From positions 43,330-107,329 of IMG/VR virus record IMGVR_UViG_3300032296_003714: DNA of 64,000 nt; one strand, written 5' to 3'. This DNA comes from a virus. The position numbers and the translations under genes were made by a program. A model generated the notes under the pieces. That model was not told the DNA's origin, ran no database searches, and saw only the letters and a program-made list of their open reading frames with translations. This document shows, one piece after another, positions 8,186 to 16,900 of this stretch. Each line of letters begins with the position of its first letter. Positions within the stretch are counted from its first letter, which is position 1.

Positions 8186-10963
8186 ATGATATCTAACGAA
8201 GAAATTGAATCGTTTCTGCATGGAAACGACCCCGAAGAATTTATTGTTGCAATTGAATTCGACTACGCATCTAACTCCATCTACAAAATCAAAGAGATTC
8301 CTGGTAAAGGGAAAGAAATAAGGAAGGACACATTCATACCATTCGCATGGGTTGGAGATTTAAAAGGTCTCAAGTTTTATAATGATTCCAAAGGAGCTCA
8401 AAAAGAAGCCATGACCAAATACGGTATCATGATTGAAAAACTTGAAACTGCGGGAAATGAAAGGCTTGAGAAAGGAATGACTTTCATGGTTAAATCTCTA
8501 AAAGGTTATAGAGAGCTTATTCAGTTTTTTAGAGATGGTGGTTGTGACCCTTGGGGTGACAAGACGAAAGATAAAATCACAATTCTACCTCCTGTAGAAC
8601 AATATCTTATTTCAAAAGAGAAAAGACTATTCAAGGGATTTGAAGACTACAATCAAGTTACCAGACTTGTATATGACTTGGAGACAACTTCATTGGAACC
8701 AAAAGATGGTCGTATTTTTATGATTGGAATTAAGACTAACAAGGGTTATCACAGAGTTATTGAGTGTATGGATGAATCCCAAGAAAGAGGTGCAATTATT
8801 GAGTTTTTCAATATAATAGATGAAATAAAACCAAGTATTATTGGTGGTTATAACTCCGCAAACTTCGACTGGCATTGGATATTCGAAAGATGTTCAATTC
8901 TAAAGATTGACCCAAGAAAGGTTTGTAAATCATTACACCCCCAACATTCATTCACAAGAAAAGATAGTATGTTGAAGTTGGCGAATGAGGTAGAATCTTA
9001 TGTTCAAACTTCAATATGGGGTTATAATGTTATTGATATTATTCATGCAGTAAGAAGAGCACAAGCAATTAATTCTAGCATCAAGTCTGCGGGTTTGAAG
9101 TATATTACCAAATATATCAACGCTGAAGCTGCTGACCGTGTATACATTGACCATTTGGATATTGGAAAGATGTATGTAAACAAAGAAGAGTTTTGGTTGA
9201 ACATACAAAACGGTAAATACAGGAAGATTGGTGTTGACCCCAAGATTGATGCAATTTGTGAGAAAAGAACTGATGTTTATATTAAGACCACAGGAGACAA
9301 TCTTGTCGAGAGATATCTTGACGATGACTTGGAAGAAACTTTGAAAGTTGACCAAGAGTTTAACCAAGGTTCATTTCTTCTAGCTGCGATGATTCCAACA
9401 ACATATGAGAGGGTATCGACTATGGGTACCGCAACTTTGTGGAAGATGTTGATGTTGGCGTGGTCTTATAAACACAAACTTGCAATTCCCGCCAAACAGG
9501 ACAAGACAGACTTCGTAGGAGGTCTTTCCCGACTACTTAAGGTTGGTTATAGTAAGAATGTACTGAAGCTCGACTTCTCGTCTCTATACCCCTCAATTCA
9601 GCTCGTACATGATGTTTTTCCTGATTGTGATGTGACGGGTGCAATGAAAGGTATGTTAAAGTGGTTTCGTGATACTCGTATCAAATACAAACAACTTGCT
9701 GAACAATACTATGAGACTGATAAAAAGAAGTCAGAATCATATGGTAATAAACAATTACCGATTAAAATATTCATCAACTCCATGTTCGGTGCTTTGTCCG
9801 CTCCACAAGTATTTGCATGGGGAGATATGTACATGGGTGAACAGATTACTTGCACAGGTAGACAGTATCTTCGTCAGATGATTAGGTTCTTCATGTCAAA
9901 AGGATATACCCCACTTGTGATGGATACAGACGGTGTGAACTTCTCAAGTCCTGATGATGTTAACGAAAGAAAATACATTGGTCGTGGTTTGAATTGGAAA
10001 GTTAAATTGGGTAAGGAATACACAGGACCTGAGGCTGATGTTGCTGAGTATAATGATATATTCATGAGGGGTGAGATGGCTCTTGATACTGACGGTGTTT
10101 GGCCTTCTTGTATTAACCTTGCTCGTAAGAACTATGCGGTTATGGACGCCAAAGGAAAGATTAAACTTACAGGTAATAGTATTAAGTCAAAGAAGCTTCC
10201 GATATACATTGAAGATTTCTTGGACAAAGGAATTAAGATGTTACTTGAGGGTGATGGTAAAGCCTTTGTCGAGTACTACTACGAATACCTACAAAAGATA
10301 TATGACAAGAAGATACCTCTCGCAAAGATTGCACAAAGAGCGAAGGTTAAGTTGACATTAGATGATTATAAAAAGAGGTTGAATCAAAAAACAAAAGCGG
10401 GTAATAGTATGTCAAGAATGGCTCACATGGAACTTGCCTTGAAGGAAAACCTTAATGTTAATTTGGGTGATGTTATCATGTATGTTAATAACGGAACTAA
10501 AGCATCACAAGGAGACGTTCAGAAGATGACGGCAAAACAGATTAAAGATACTAATGCTGTTTTACTTCATGAAAACCCTAGAGCGAAACCGATTACTGAA
10601 GGTGTTATGGTTAATTGTTATATGTTAAATTCTAACATTCTTGAAACAAATCCTGATTTGACGGGTGATTACAATGTACCAAGAGCAATCACAACATTCA
10701 ACAAGCGTATTGAACCACTTCTTGTTGTATTCAAACAAGAAATAAGAGATGGTTTACTTGTTGATAATCCTGATGATAGGGGAATATTCACAACATCACA
10801 ATGTGAACTTATTAATGGACAACCATTTGAAGAAGGGGACCAAGATAGTTTGGATGAAGTTATGTCACTTTCTGAGGGTGAGGTGAAGTATTGGGAAAAA
10901 AGAGGTTTGAATTCTGATTATATGTATGAATTGGCCGAAGAGGGTTGGGAACAAAAATTATGA
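8186..10963 (+). CDS. polB: family B DNA polymerase with 3'-5' exonuclease
   Basis: ExoI YDLET, ExoII GYNSANFD, motif A DFSSLYPS, motif B KIFINSMFG, motif C DTDG, KNYA. Confidence 0.95.
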   Translation: MISNEEIESFLHGNDPEEFIVAIEFDYASNSIYKIKEIPGKGKEIRKDTFIPFAWVGDLKGLKFYNDSKGAQKEAMTKYGIMIEKLETAGNERLEKGMTFMVKSLKGYRELIQFFRDGGCDPWGDKTKDKITILPPVEQYLISKEKRLFKGFEDYNQVTRLVYDLETTSLEPKDGRIFMIGIKTNKGYHRVIECMDESQERGAIIEFFNIIDEIKPSIIGGYNSANFDWHWIFERCSILKIDPRKVCKSLHPQHSFTRKDSMLKLANEVESYVQTSIWGYNVIDIIHAVRRAQAINSSIKSAGLKYITKYINAEAADRVYIDHLDIGKMYVNKEEFWLNIQNGKYRKIGVDPKIDAICEKRTDVYIKTTGDNLVERYLDDDLEETLKVDQEFNQGSFLLAAMIPTTYERVSTMGTATLWKMLMLAWSYKHKLAIPAKQDKTDFVGGLSRLLKVGYSKNVLKLDFSSLYPSIQLVHDVFPDCDVTGAMKGMLKWFRDTRIKYKQLAEQYYETDKKKSESYGNKQLPIKIFINSMFGALSAPQVFAWGDMYMGEQITCTGRQYLRQMIRFFMSKGYTPLVMDTDGVNFSSPDDVNERKYIGRGLNWKVKLGKEYTGPEADVAEYNDIFMRGEMALDTDGVWPSCINLARKNYAVMDAKGKIKLTGNSIKSKKLPIYIEDFLDKGIKMLLEGDGKAFVEYYYEYLQKIYDKKIPLAKIAQRAKVKLTLDDYKKRLNQKTKAGNSMSRMAHMELALKENLNVNLGDVIMYVNNGTKASQGDVQKMTAKQIKDTNAVLLHENPRAKPITEGVMVNCYMLNSNILETNPDLTGDYNVPRAITTFNKRIEPLLVVFKQEIRDGLLVDNPDDRGIFTTSQCELINGQPFEEGDQDSLDEVMSLSEGEVKYWEKRGLNSDYMYELAEEGWEQKL

Positions 10964-11293
10964 TTGTTTCAACCCGTCAGATGATAAAATGTACCAATTA
11001 CCACCACAAAATCTAAATTCAACACACGCACCACGGTCCATTTCAATCTCATCGAATTCCTCATCAATTCTTCCCACATCTGGTTTTATTACCATATGAG
11101 TTAATGCCTTAACTACTGTGTGGTCTGTTGTTCTTGAATCTAAAGTAATTGTACTTGATGGTACACCTTTTACAATTACACAATCTTCTCCTTGAGTGGA
11201 GTATTCTGATTCTGAAACTATTGATACTTCAGAAGTGTTAAGTATTCTACCGTGAATTATTCTTTGTGATGGGATAGTTTTGATTATTGCCAT
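10958..11293 (-). CDS. hypothetical protein (beta-rich, possibly virion)
   Basis: ORF directly downstream of the neck gene; likely start MAIIK at 11293. Confidence 0.6.
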   Translation of the reverse strand: MAIIKTIPSQRIIHGRILNTSEVSIVSESEYSTQGEDCVIVKGVPSSTITLDSRTTDHTVVKALTHMVIKPDVGRIDEEFDEIEMDRGACVEFRFCGGNWYILSSDGLKQS

Positions 11294-11299
11294 AAACAA

Positions 11300-12421
11300 T
11301 TATATTACATAAATTTGTCTTGGGAAAGCGTGAAACTTCAGTTGTTTATTTAAGTTTTCAGCAATTAATGCTTCTTTTTCCATTTGTTTTTCAGGTCTCA
11401 ATCTTTCCAATCTTAATTTAAGTTCTTCCTCAAGTTTTGATTTTTCGTCTTTAGATTCTGTCAACAAACTTGTGTAATCCATTTGTATTTCAGAGTCTGG
11501 TGTTTTGAGATTACCTGAATATTTTCCTCTTACTCTGGCTAATGTTTCTTTAACATAAGCAGTAAACCATCTTCTAACCCATTGTTTTGCTGGGTCATTT
11601 AAATCAGCCCACTCAAGAGTCCCAATAGGAACATCTGTAGGTAGTTTAATTATATCAGGGTTTTGTTTTAAACAGTCGTTTCTATCTTTTCCTGTTGTAT
11701 CGTAATACCAATACCAAACTTGCTTTCCTGCATACATGCTATAATTTGACCAATTAAACCTACCTCCCGGAGTGTTCATCAAATGAACTAATTTCTTTCC
11801 GTCAGGTAAACCTGTTATTCTATAAGTTAAACTACCACCTAAAATTCTATTCAAAATGTTTGCCTCTTGGGCTCTTAACAAATAATCAAAACCTGACATC
11901 ATAAAGTAAGAACCTTGATATCCAAATTGAGCATACCCTGCTTGGTTAGCACCAAGACCAATACCATCGAAACCAAATCCACCACCAACACCACCGAGTC
12001 CAAACATTGTCCAAGGTTGGTTACTGAACCATAATAGTTCGTTCACCTCTCTACCGGCGGGTATTTCATATAATTGTGTGTTTGCACTAAGGGTGAAATA
12101 ATCTTTCTTTAATACCCAAGGACCTACTGTTTGTAGACCTACAATCTTAGAATATGAATATTGAAACTGTTGTTCAAAGTTCATTGTTCTTGTAATCAAC
12201 GCGTTTGCCACGGATTGATTGTTCATATCAAGATTAACAAGATTTACCCACTGTGATTCGATAAGCCAATCCAAAATGTATTGTTGATAATCTCCAATAG
12301 ATAATTCCATTAGAGAATCCATCATTTCGTCTTGTATTTCAACACTCCTAATAGGAGCACCTAACAAGTGTTTAATTCTTGTATAAATCTGACTTCTTTC
12401 TGGTTCTGCTATAACTGACAT
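11300..12421 (-). CDS. neck / head-tail connector protein (T4 gp13-like)
   Basis: IKHLLGAPIRSVEI N-terminus and WVRRWFTAYVKETLARVRGKYSG C-terminus, as in gp13-like neck proteins. Confidence 0.8.
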   Translation of the reverse strand: MSVIAEPERSQIYTRIKHLLGAPIRSVEIQDEMMDSLMELSIGDYQQYILDWLIESQWVNLVNLDMNNQSVANALITRTMNFEQQFQYSYSKIVGLQTVGPWVLKKDYFTLSANTQLYEIPAGREVNELLWFSNQPWTMFGLGGVGGGFGFDGIGLGANQAGYAQFGYQGSYFMMSGFDYLLRAQEANILNRILGGSLTYRITGLPDGKKLVHLMNTPGGRFNWSNYSMYAGKQVWYWYYDTTGKDRNDCLKQNPDIIKLPTDVPIGTLEWADLNDPAKQWVRRWFTAYVKETLARVRGKYSGNLKTPDSEIQMDYTSLLTESKDEKSKLEEELKLRLERLRPEKQMEKEALIAENLNKQLKFHAFPRQIYVI

Positions 12422-12438
12422 ACCTATAAATATGTTAG

Positions 12439-14187
12439 TTATCTCATTTCATTAATTTTATTCATTATCTCTTCAACGAAGTCTGCATCATTTAAATTGT
12501 CACCCATTACAGTGGCAATAACTTGTTTTTTTGCAATTAAAATATCATAAATTAAACCTTCAATTGTGTTTTCAAATAGTGGGTAATAAACCAAAACATT
12601 ATTTTTTTGACCGATACGATACGCCCTATCCTCAGCTTGTGAGTGGTCTGAAGGTAAAAAAGACAAATCGTTCATTATAACAGCTTCGGCTGCGGTCAAA
12701 GTAATACCAACACCCGCAGCTTTTATATTACCAACAAAAACTTTTACCTTATCGTTTTCTTGAAATTGGTCTACACTATTTTGTCTTTCTATTTTAGACA
12801 TTGACCCATCCACTTTTACAGCTTGTTTACCAAAATGGTTAACAATCTGATTAAGTGAGTCTGTAAAATTACAGAATATGATAACTTTTTTATCTTGTTC
12901 AATAATATTTTCCGATAACTCTATAGTCTGTTGTATTTTTTCATTTGCAATTACTTGTCTAACTTTAGTCAGTTTTGTAAATTGAACAGTTAAAGATTTT
13001 GATTCTTCAGGGTTGCTTCTATACCATTCAAAATATTCCCCCATTAATTCTTCGTAAGCTTTAGATTTTAATCTCAAGTAAACAGGAGTAATGATTTTAT
13101 CAGGTAAATCCAAAACATCTTCTTTCAATCTTCTTAGTATTGTACCTGATGTTCTGTCTCTTAATTCCTCTAAGTTTGATGAACCCATCACATTCCAAAC
13201 TTTTCTTGGTCCTACTTTAAATTGATATCCTGAACAATATCGTATTACGTAAGCCATCCAATTTTTTGCAACAGGAGAATCAACTAAACTAAGAAGGTTA
13301 TAGTAATCAATAGGTCGTGATGTCATCGGTGTTCCTGTCAACAACCACAATCTTTCAATATCTTTAACAATATCATTAATTAATTTTGTTCTTTGGGCTT
13401 GAGCATTTTTTATGTAATGAGCTTCGTCAACAATAACCAAATCAAAATCCGCTTTCAAAATTTGAGAATCGGTTTTCTTTTTTGTATCGTGAAAGTTTTT
13501 GATGATATCATAATTGATAATTACAAAATCATGTTCAGTACTAAAATTTTTACTCTCCGCAATATAGACAGGTCTGTCAGTGTAGTTTTCTATCTCCCTT
13601 TTCCAGTTTATTTTCAGAGTTGCAGGACAAATGATTAGTATTTTTTTTGCCTTCGTTTCCAAAGCAGCAATAATGGTACTTGTAGTTTTACCAAGGCCCA
13701 TATCGTCAGCGAGAATAAATTTTTTATTCTCAACCAACTTTTGAATAGACTCTTTTTGATGTTCCATTGGAGGTCTGTTCTTATACTTTGAATAATCAAT
13801 AACAACATTTTTAACGGTGTTATCTTTAATCAAAGATGCTTTCGGAACCCAAAAATCACTTAGTTCTCCATCTTGAAAAAATTTTCCCCAAACATGATAA
13901 GCTTTATCACTCTCGGCCAATAATTTTTCTATCCATATTTTTTCGGGAACTACTGTTAGAAGTTTATCATTAGCAAATTTCTGTGCAAAGTAAGCGTCAA
14001 GAACAACCCATTTTTTTGCAACTTTGGGGTTCTTATTATGGTTATTTAAAATGTATTCGGATTGACTTCTAGTCGGATAAAACTTTCGGTTTATCTGTGA
14101 TTTTCTTTTTAGTTCTATAATATAATTGTTAGAACCTTCGTAAGATTCAAGTATGTCTAATGCCTTTGACTCTAACGTTTGTTCCAT
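12439..14187 (-). CDS. SNF2-family (HARP/SMARCAL1-like) helicase/ATPase
   Basis: ILADDMGLGKT, VDEAH, LLTGTP, GVGITLT and QAEDRAYRIGQ motifs. Confidence 0.93.
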   Translation of the reverse strand: MEQTLESKALDILESYEGSNNYIIELKRKSQINRKFYPTRSQSEYILNNHNKNPKVAKKWVVLDAYFAQKFANDKLLTVVPEKIWIEKLLAESDKAYHVWGKFFQDGELSDFWVPKASLIKDNTVKNVVIDYSKYKNRPPMEHQKESIQKLVENKKFILADDMGLGKTTSTIIAALETKAKKILIICPATLKINWKREIENYTDRPVYIAESKNFSTEHDFVIINYDIIKNFHDTKKKTDSQILKADFDLVIVDEAHYIKNAQAQRTKLINDIVKDIERLWLLTGTPMTSRPIDYYNLLSLVDSPVAKNWMAYVIRYCSGYQFKVGPRKVWNVMGSSNLEELRDRTSGTILRRLKEDVLDLPDKIITPVYLRLKSKAYEELMGEYFEWYRSNPEESKSLTVQFTKLTKVRQVIANEKIQQTIELSENIIEQDKKVIIFCNFTDSLNQIVNHFGKQAVKVDGSMSKIERQNSVDQFQENDKVKVFVGNIKAAGVGITLTAAEAVIMNDLSFLPSDHSQAEDRAYRIGQKNNVLVYYPLFENTIEGLIYDILIAKKQVIATVMGDNLNDADFVEEIMNKINEMR

Positions 14188-14189
14188 AA

Positions 14190-14588
14190 TTACTTAACCT
14201 CAGTATGAGTTCTCCCATCGAGCCAATATCCATCACCACCATAATATGTTAATATTTCTTCATATGGGTTTATGTTTTTGAGGGCAAAAAATTCAAAAGT
14301 TTCATTTGTTAAATTTGACCTCCATCCGGCATTTGGTGTATTAGAATGATTATACAAGGAACCCCAACCCCAAGCAATAACTTGTTTATCCCAAAAATCA
14401 GTACCTTGTGGCCAGTTAAATCTATAATCGATGAGAATATCACTAACTTGACCCTTAGGTATTTTTAGGTCATGAATTGGACACTCCTCGATAATCTCAC
14501 CCTCAATTATAAAAGTATTTGCAAAAACACCTAGTCCATGTATTTTACTTTTAGATATAAAAATTTTTGTGGGGGGAAATATTCTCAT
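14190..14588 (-). CDS. SET-domain protein-lysine methyltransferase
   Basis: SKIHGLGVFA, YNHSNTPN and ALKNI..EEILTYYG are the SET signature motifs. Confidence 0.88.
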   Translation of the reverse strand: MRIFPPTKIFISKSKIHGLGVFANTFIIEGEIIEECPIHDLKIPKGQVSDILIDYRFNWPQGTDFWDKQVIAWGWGSLYNHSNTPNAGWRSNLTNETFEFFALKNINPYEEILTYYGGDGYWLDGRTHTEVK

Positions 14589-14637
14589 AGTTTTTGTGTT
14601 AAATATATAAAGAAATTAAGTATTTATCAAATATACT

Positions 14638-15153
14638 ATGCAAGAAAAATTAGTTCCAATAACAAGGTTAGGTAGATTCTTCGGAGGAGAAGACTATGCT
14701 TTGGACATTGATATGGGTCAGGAATGGCTTGAGGGTGATATGAACTTCACGGTTGTATTATACCGTGTTGATAGATATAAAACCAAAACAGATGATGTTT
14801 ATGGTGAGGCTGTTTCCGATGGGATACAGTTCCTTCCTCCAGTAGAACTTAAAGGGTATGTTCAAATTTTAGCTCCAACAAATCAAAGAGTTGGTCAAAG
14901 TAAAGTTGAATTGGATGAACCGGGTAACATGAGGTTTTCCATATATCAAAAGTATTTGGATGACTTACAGGTCGATATTGCTTTTGGTGATTATGTAGGA
15001 TATTACGAAACTGAAACTAGAGTTAGATATTACAGTGTTGCGGATGATGGAAGGGTTGTTTCAGATAATAAACATACTTACGGTGGATATAGACCATTCT
15101 ATAGAACAATAGTCGCCACACCAGTAAGTCAAAATGAATTCAGAGGTTTATGA
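14638..15153 (+). CDS. head completion / neck protein (gp14-like)
   Basis: TDDVYGEA...FLPPVEL...GDYVGY pattern; position before the tail terminator. Confidence 0.6.
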   Translation: MQEKLVPITRLGRFFGGEDYALDIDMGQEWLEGDMNFTVVLYRVDRYKTKTDDVYGEAVSDGIQFLPPVELKGYVQILAPTNQRVGQSKVELDEPGNMRFSIYQKYLDDLQVDIAFGDYVGYYETETRVRYYSVADDGRVVSDNKHTYGGYRPFYRTIVATPVSQNEFRGL

Positions 15154-15569
15154 TTATTCTAATATCAGAATCACAAAAAGATGTTTTGAGGAAAAACATA
15201 ATTGGACAAAAAGTTATGGTATATTACAATCTACATAAACATACTTTTTCTGTGCAAAAAAATGGAATAGTTGTTTTACATGCCGATTTTTTGAAATTAT
15301 CTGATGTTGAATTCAGAGTTAGAAAGGGTGGGTTAGAAAAAGTAAGAAAAGAAAAAGTTAAGAATGTTCATGCGTTTGTTATTGGAACATTAGAAGATTT
15401 TTGTGAGTTCCCATGTCCTGATATTCCACAAGACATGGAAGGAGAGATTATATCATATAATCCATATAAACATGATAGCTTTGTTGTTAAGTCAACACAA
15501 GAACCAATATTTCATGGTGATGAGGTAAATATGGTTAATAGTCATAATAAAATTTATTTATTAAAATAA
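15150..15569 (+). CDS. conserved phage hypothetical protein
   Basis: VYYNLHKHTFSV...KNVHAFVIG...YNPYK family seen in many phages; N-terminal IILISESQ tag. Confidence 0.6.
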   Translation: MIILISESQKDVLRKNIIGQKVMVYYNLHKHTFSVQKNGIVVLHADFLKLSDVEFRVRKGGLEKVRKEKVKNVHAFVIGTLEDFCEFPCPDIPQDMEGEIISYNPYKHDSFVVKSTQEPIFHGDEVNMVNSHNKIYLLK

Positions 15570-15570
15570 C

Positions 15571-16614
15571 ATGGCGTTTCCTGTACAAATAAAAAAATCA
15601 CTCCCTTTAGTTCCCAACAAAACTTTATACGCAAGAAGGGAACAACTTAAGGATTACATTAACAAAGACGGTACGTACTTACCTCAATCTGTTTTGCATG
15701 CAGATTTAGATAGAGGCATGTTAGATTTTGTTAAGAATGATTTGAAGTTGGTTACCTCAGGAAAGATTGTTCCAATGATTGATACAATCATAACAACTCA
15801 AAACTGGTCACAATTTGCAGAAACGTGGAGTTTTGTTGACCAAGATTTCAATGTCAGTGTTCCATTCATTACAGTTGTTAGACAACCTGAAGTTAAATAT
15901 GGTACAAACCCATCACTACAATGGACTATCCCAAATAGAAAAGAATTTTACTATGCCTCCGTACCAACATGGAACGGTAATCAAGAAGGCATGGACATTT
16001 ATAAAATACCACAACCAGTTCCTGTTGATATCACATATAATGTGAGAATTGTTTGTAACAGAATGAGGGAATTAAATGGGTTTAATAAAACTGTTCTTCA
16101 GAAATTTTCTTCAAGGCAAGCATATACTTTTATCAAAGGTCAATATGTTCCAATTATAATGAATTCAGTAAGTGATGAAAGTATATCAGATTTGGATAAG
16201 AGAAAATATTATGTTCAAAATTATGATTTCACTATGCTTGGTTATCTTATTGATGAAGATGAGTTCGAAGTTAAACCGGCAATATCCAGAATTTTACAAG
16301 TTATGGAAATAGAGGGGTACACCCCTGTCGGAAAAAAGAATGAACTATATCCAAAAAACCCTGATTTGTTTACCCAAGAATTTTTGTTTGTTACCGGTAA
16401 TACTATGTTAAGTGATATAATGGACTATATGGTAAACATGACTGTAGACTCAACTACAAACGTATCAAGTTATGATGTTTATATTAACAACCAATATTAT
16501 GGTACCGATGTTAATGAAATATTAATTAACACGAACGATGTACTTAGGGTTGAGGTTGTAAAAACAGACAACTCTTTGGAGTCAAAAATTTTATTTACAA
16601 ACAAGTTACTTTAA
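15571..16614 (+). CDS. tail terminator / tail completion protein (gp15-like)
   Basis: IPQPVPVDITYNVRI and FTMLGYLID motifs; position before the sheath. Confidence 0.6.
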   Translation: MAFPVQIKKSLPLVPNKTLYARREQLKDYINKDGTYLPQSVLHADLDRGMLDFVKNDLKLVTSGKIVPMIDTIITTQNWSQFAETWSFVDQDFNVSVPFITVVRQPEVKYGTNPSLQWTIPNRKEFYYASVPTWNGNQEGMDIYKIPQPVPVDITYNVRIVCNRMRELNGFNKTVLQKFSSRQAYTFIKGQYVPIIMNSVSDESISDLDKRKYYVQNYDFTMLGYLIDEDEFEVKPAISRILQVMEIEGYTPVGKKNELYPKNPDLFTQEFLFVTGNTMLSDIMDYMVNMTVDSTTNVSSYDVYINNQYYGTDVNEILINTNDVLRVEVVKTDNSLESKILFTNKLL

Positions 16615-16778
16615 TTTTCTCCGTAGATATCTTTCTTCTCTTTACACTTTTCAAGAATTAATTGTTCAAGAAATTTATAAATTTTTATACCTTTCTTGTC
16701 ACAATATTTTTTCAGTACTTTGTGTACATCCTCAGATATTTTAATGTTTTTTATTTTGTTGTCGTATAGTTTACCCAT
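16611..16778 (-). CDS. small ribbon-helix-helix DNA-binding protein (55 aa, not in ORF track)
   Basis: MGKLYDNKIKNIKISEDVHKVLKKYCDKKGIKIYKFLEQLILEKCKEKKDIYGEN*; beta-strand KNIKIS followed by two helices. Confidence 0.75.
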   Translation of the reverse strand: MGKLYDNKIKNIKISEDVHKVLKKYCDKKGIKIYKFLEQLILEKCKEKKDIYGEN

Positions 16779-16858
16779 AAAAGATAAAAAAGGCAGAATA
16801 TATTCATACTAAATACAAATAGATTATAAAAAGTAAAGTTTTTTCATTCGTTATCTAA

Positions 16859-16865
16859 TATTTAT
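16859..16865 (+). promoter_or_regulatory. TATTTAT putative late promoter (representative copy, sheath gene)
   Basis: Same motif on the sense strand upstream of 17 genes (listed in findings). Confidence 0.7.
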
Positions 16866-16900
16866 GAATAAAAATAAATCTTTTTTAGAAACCAATAATA

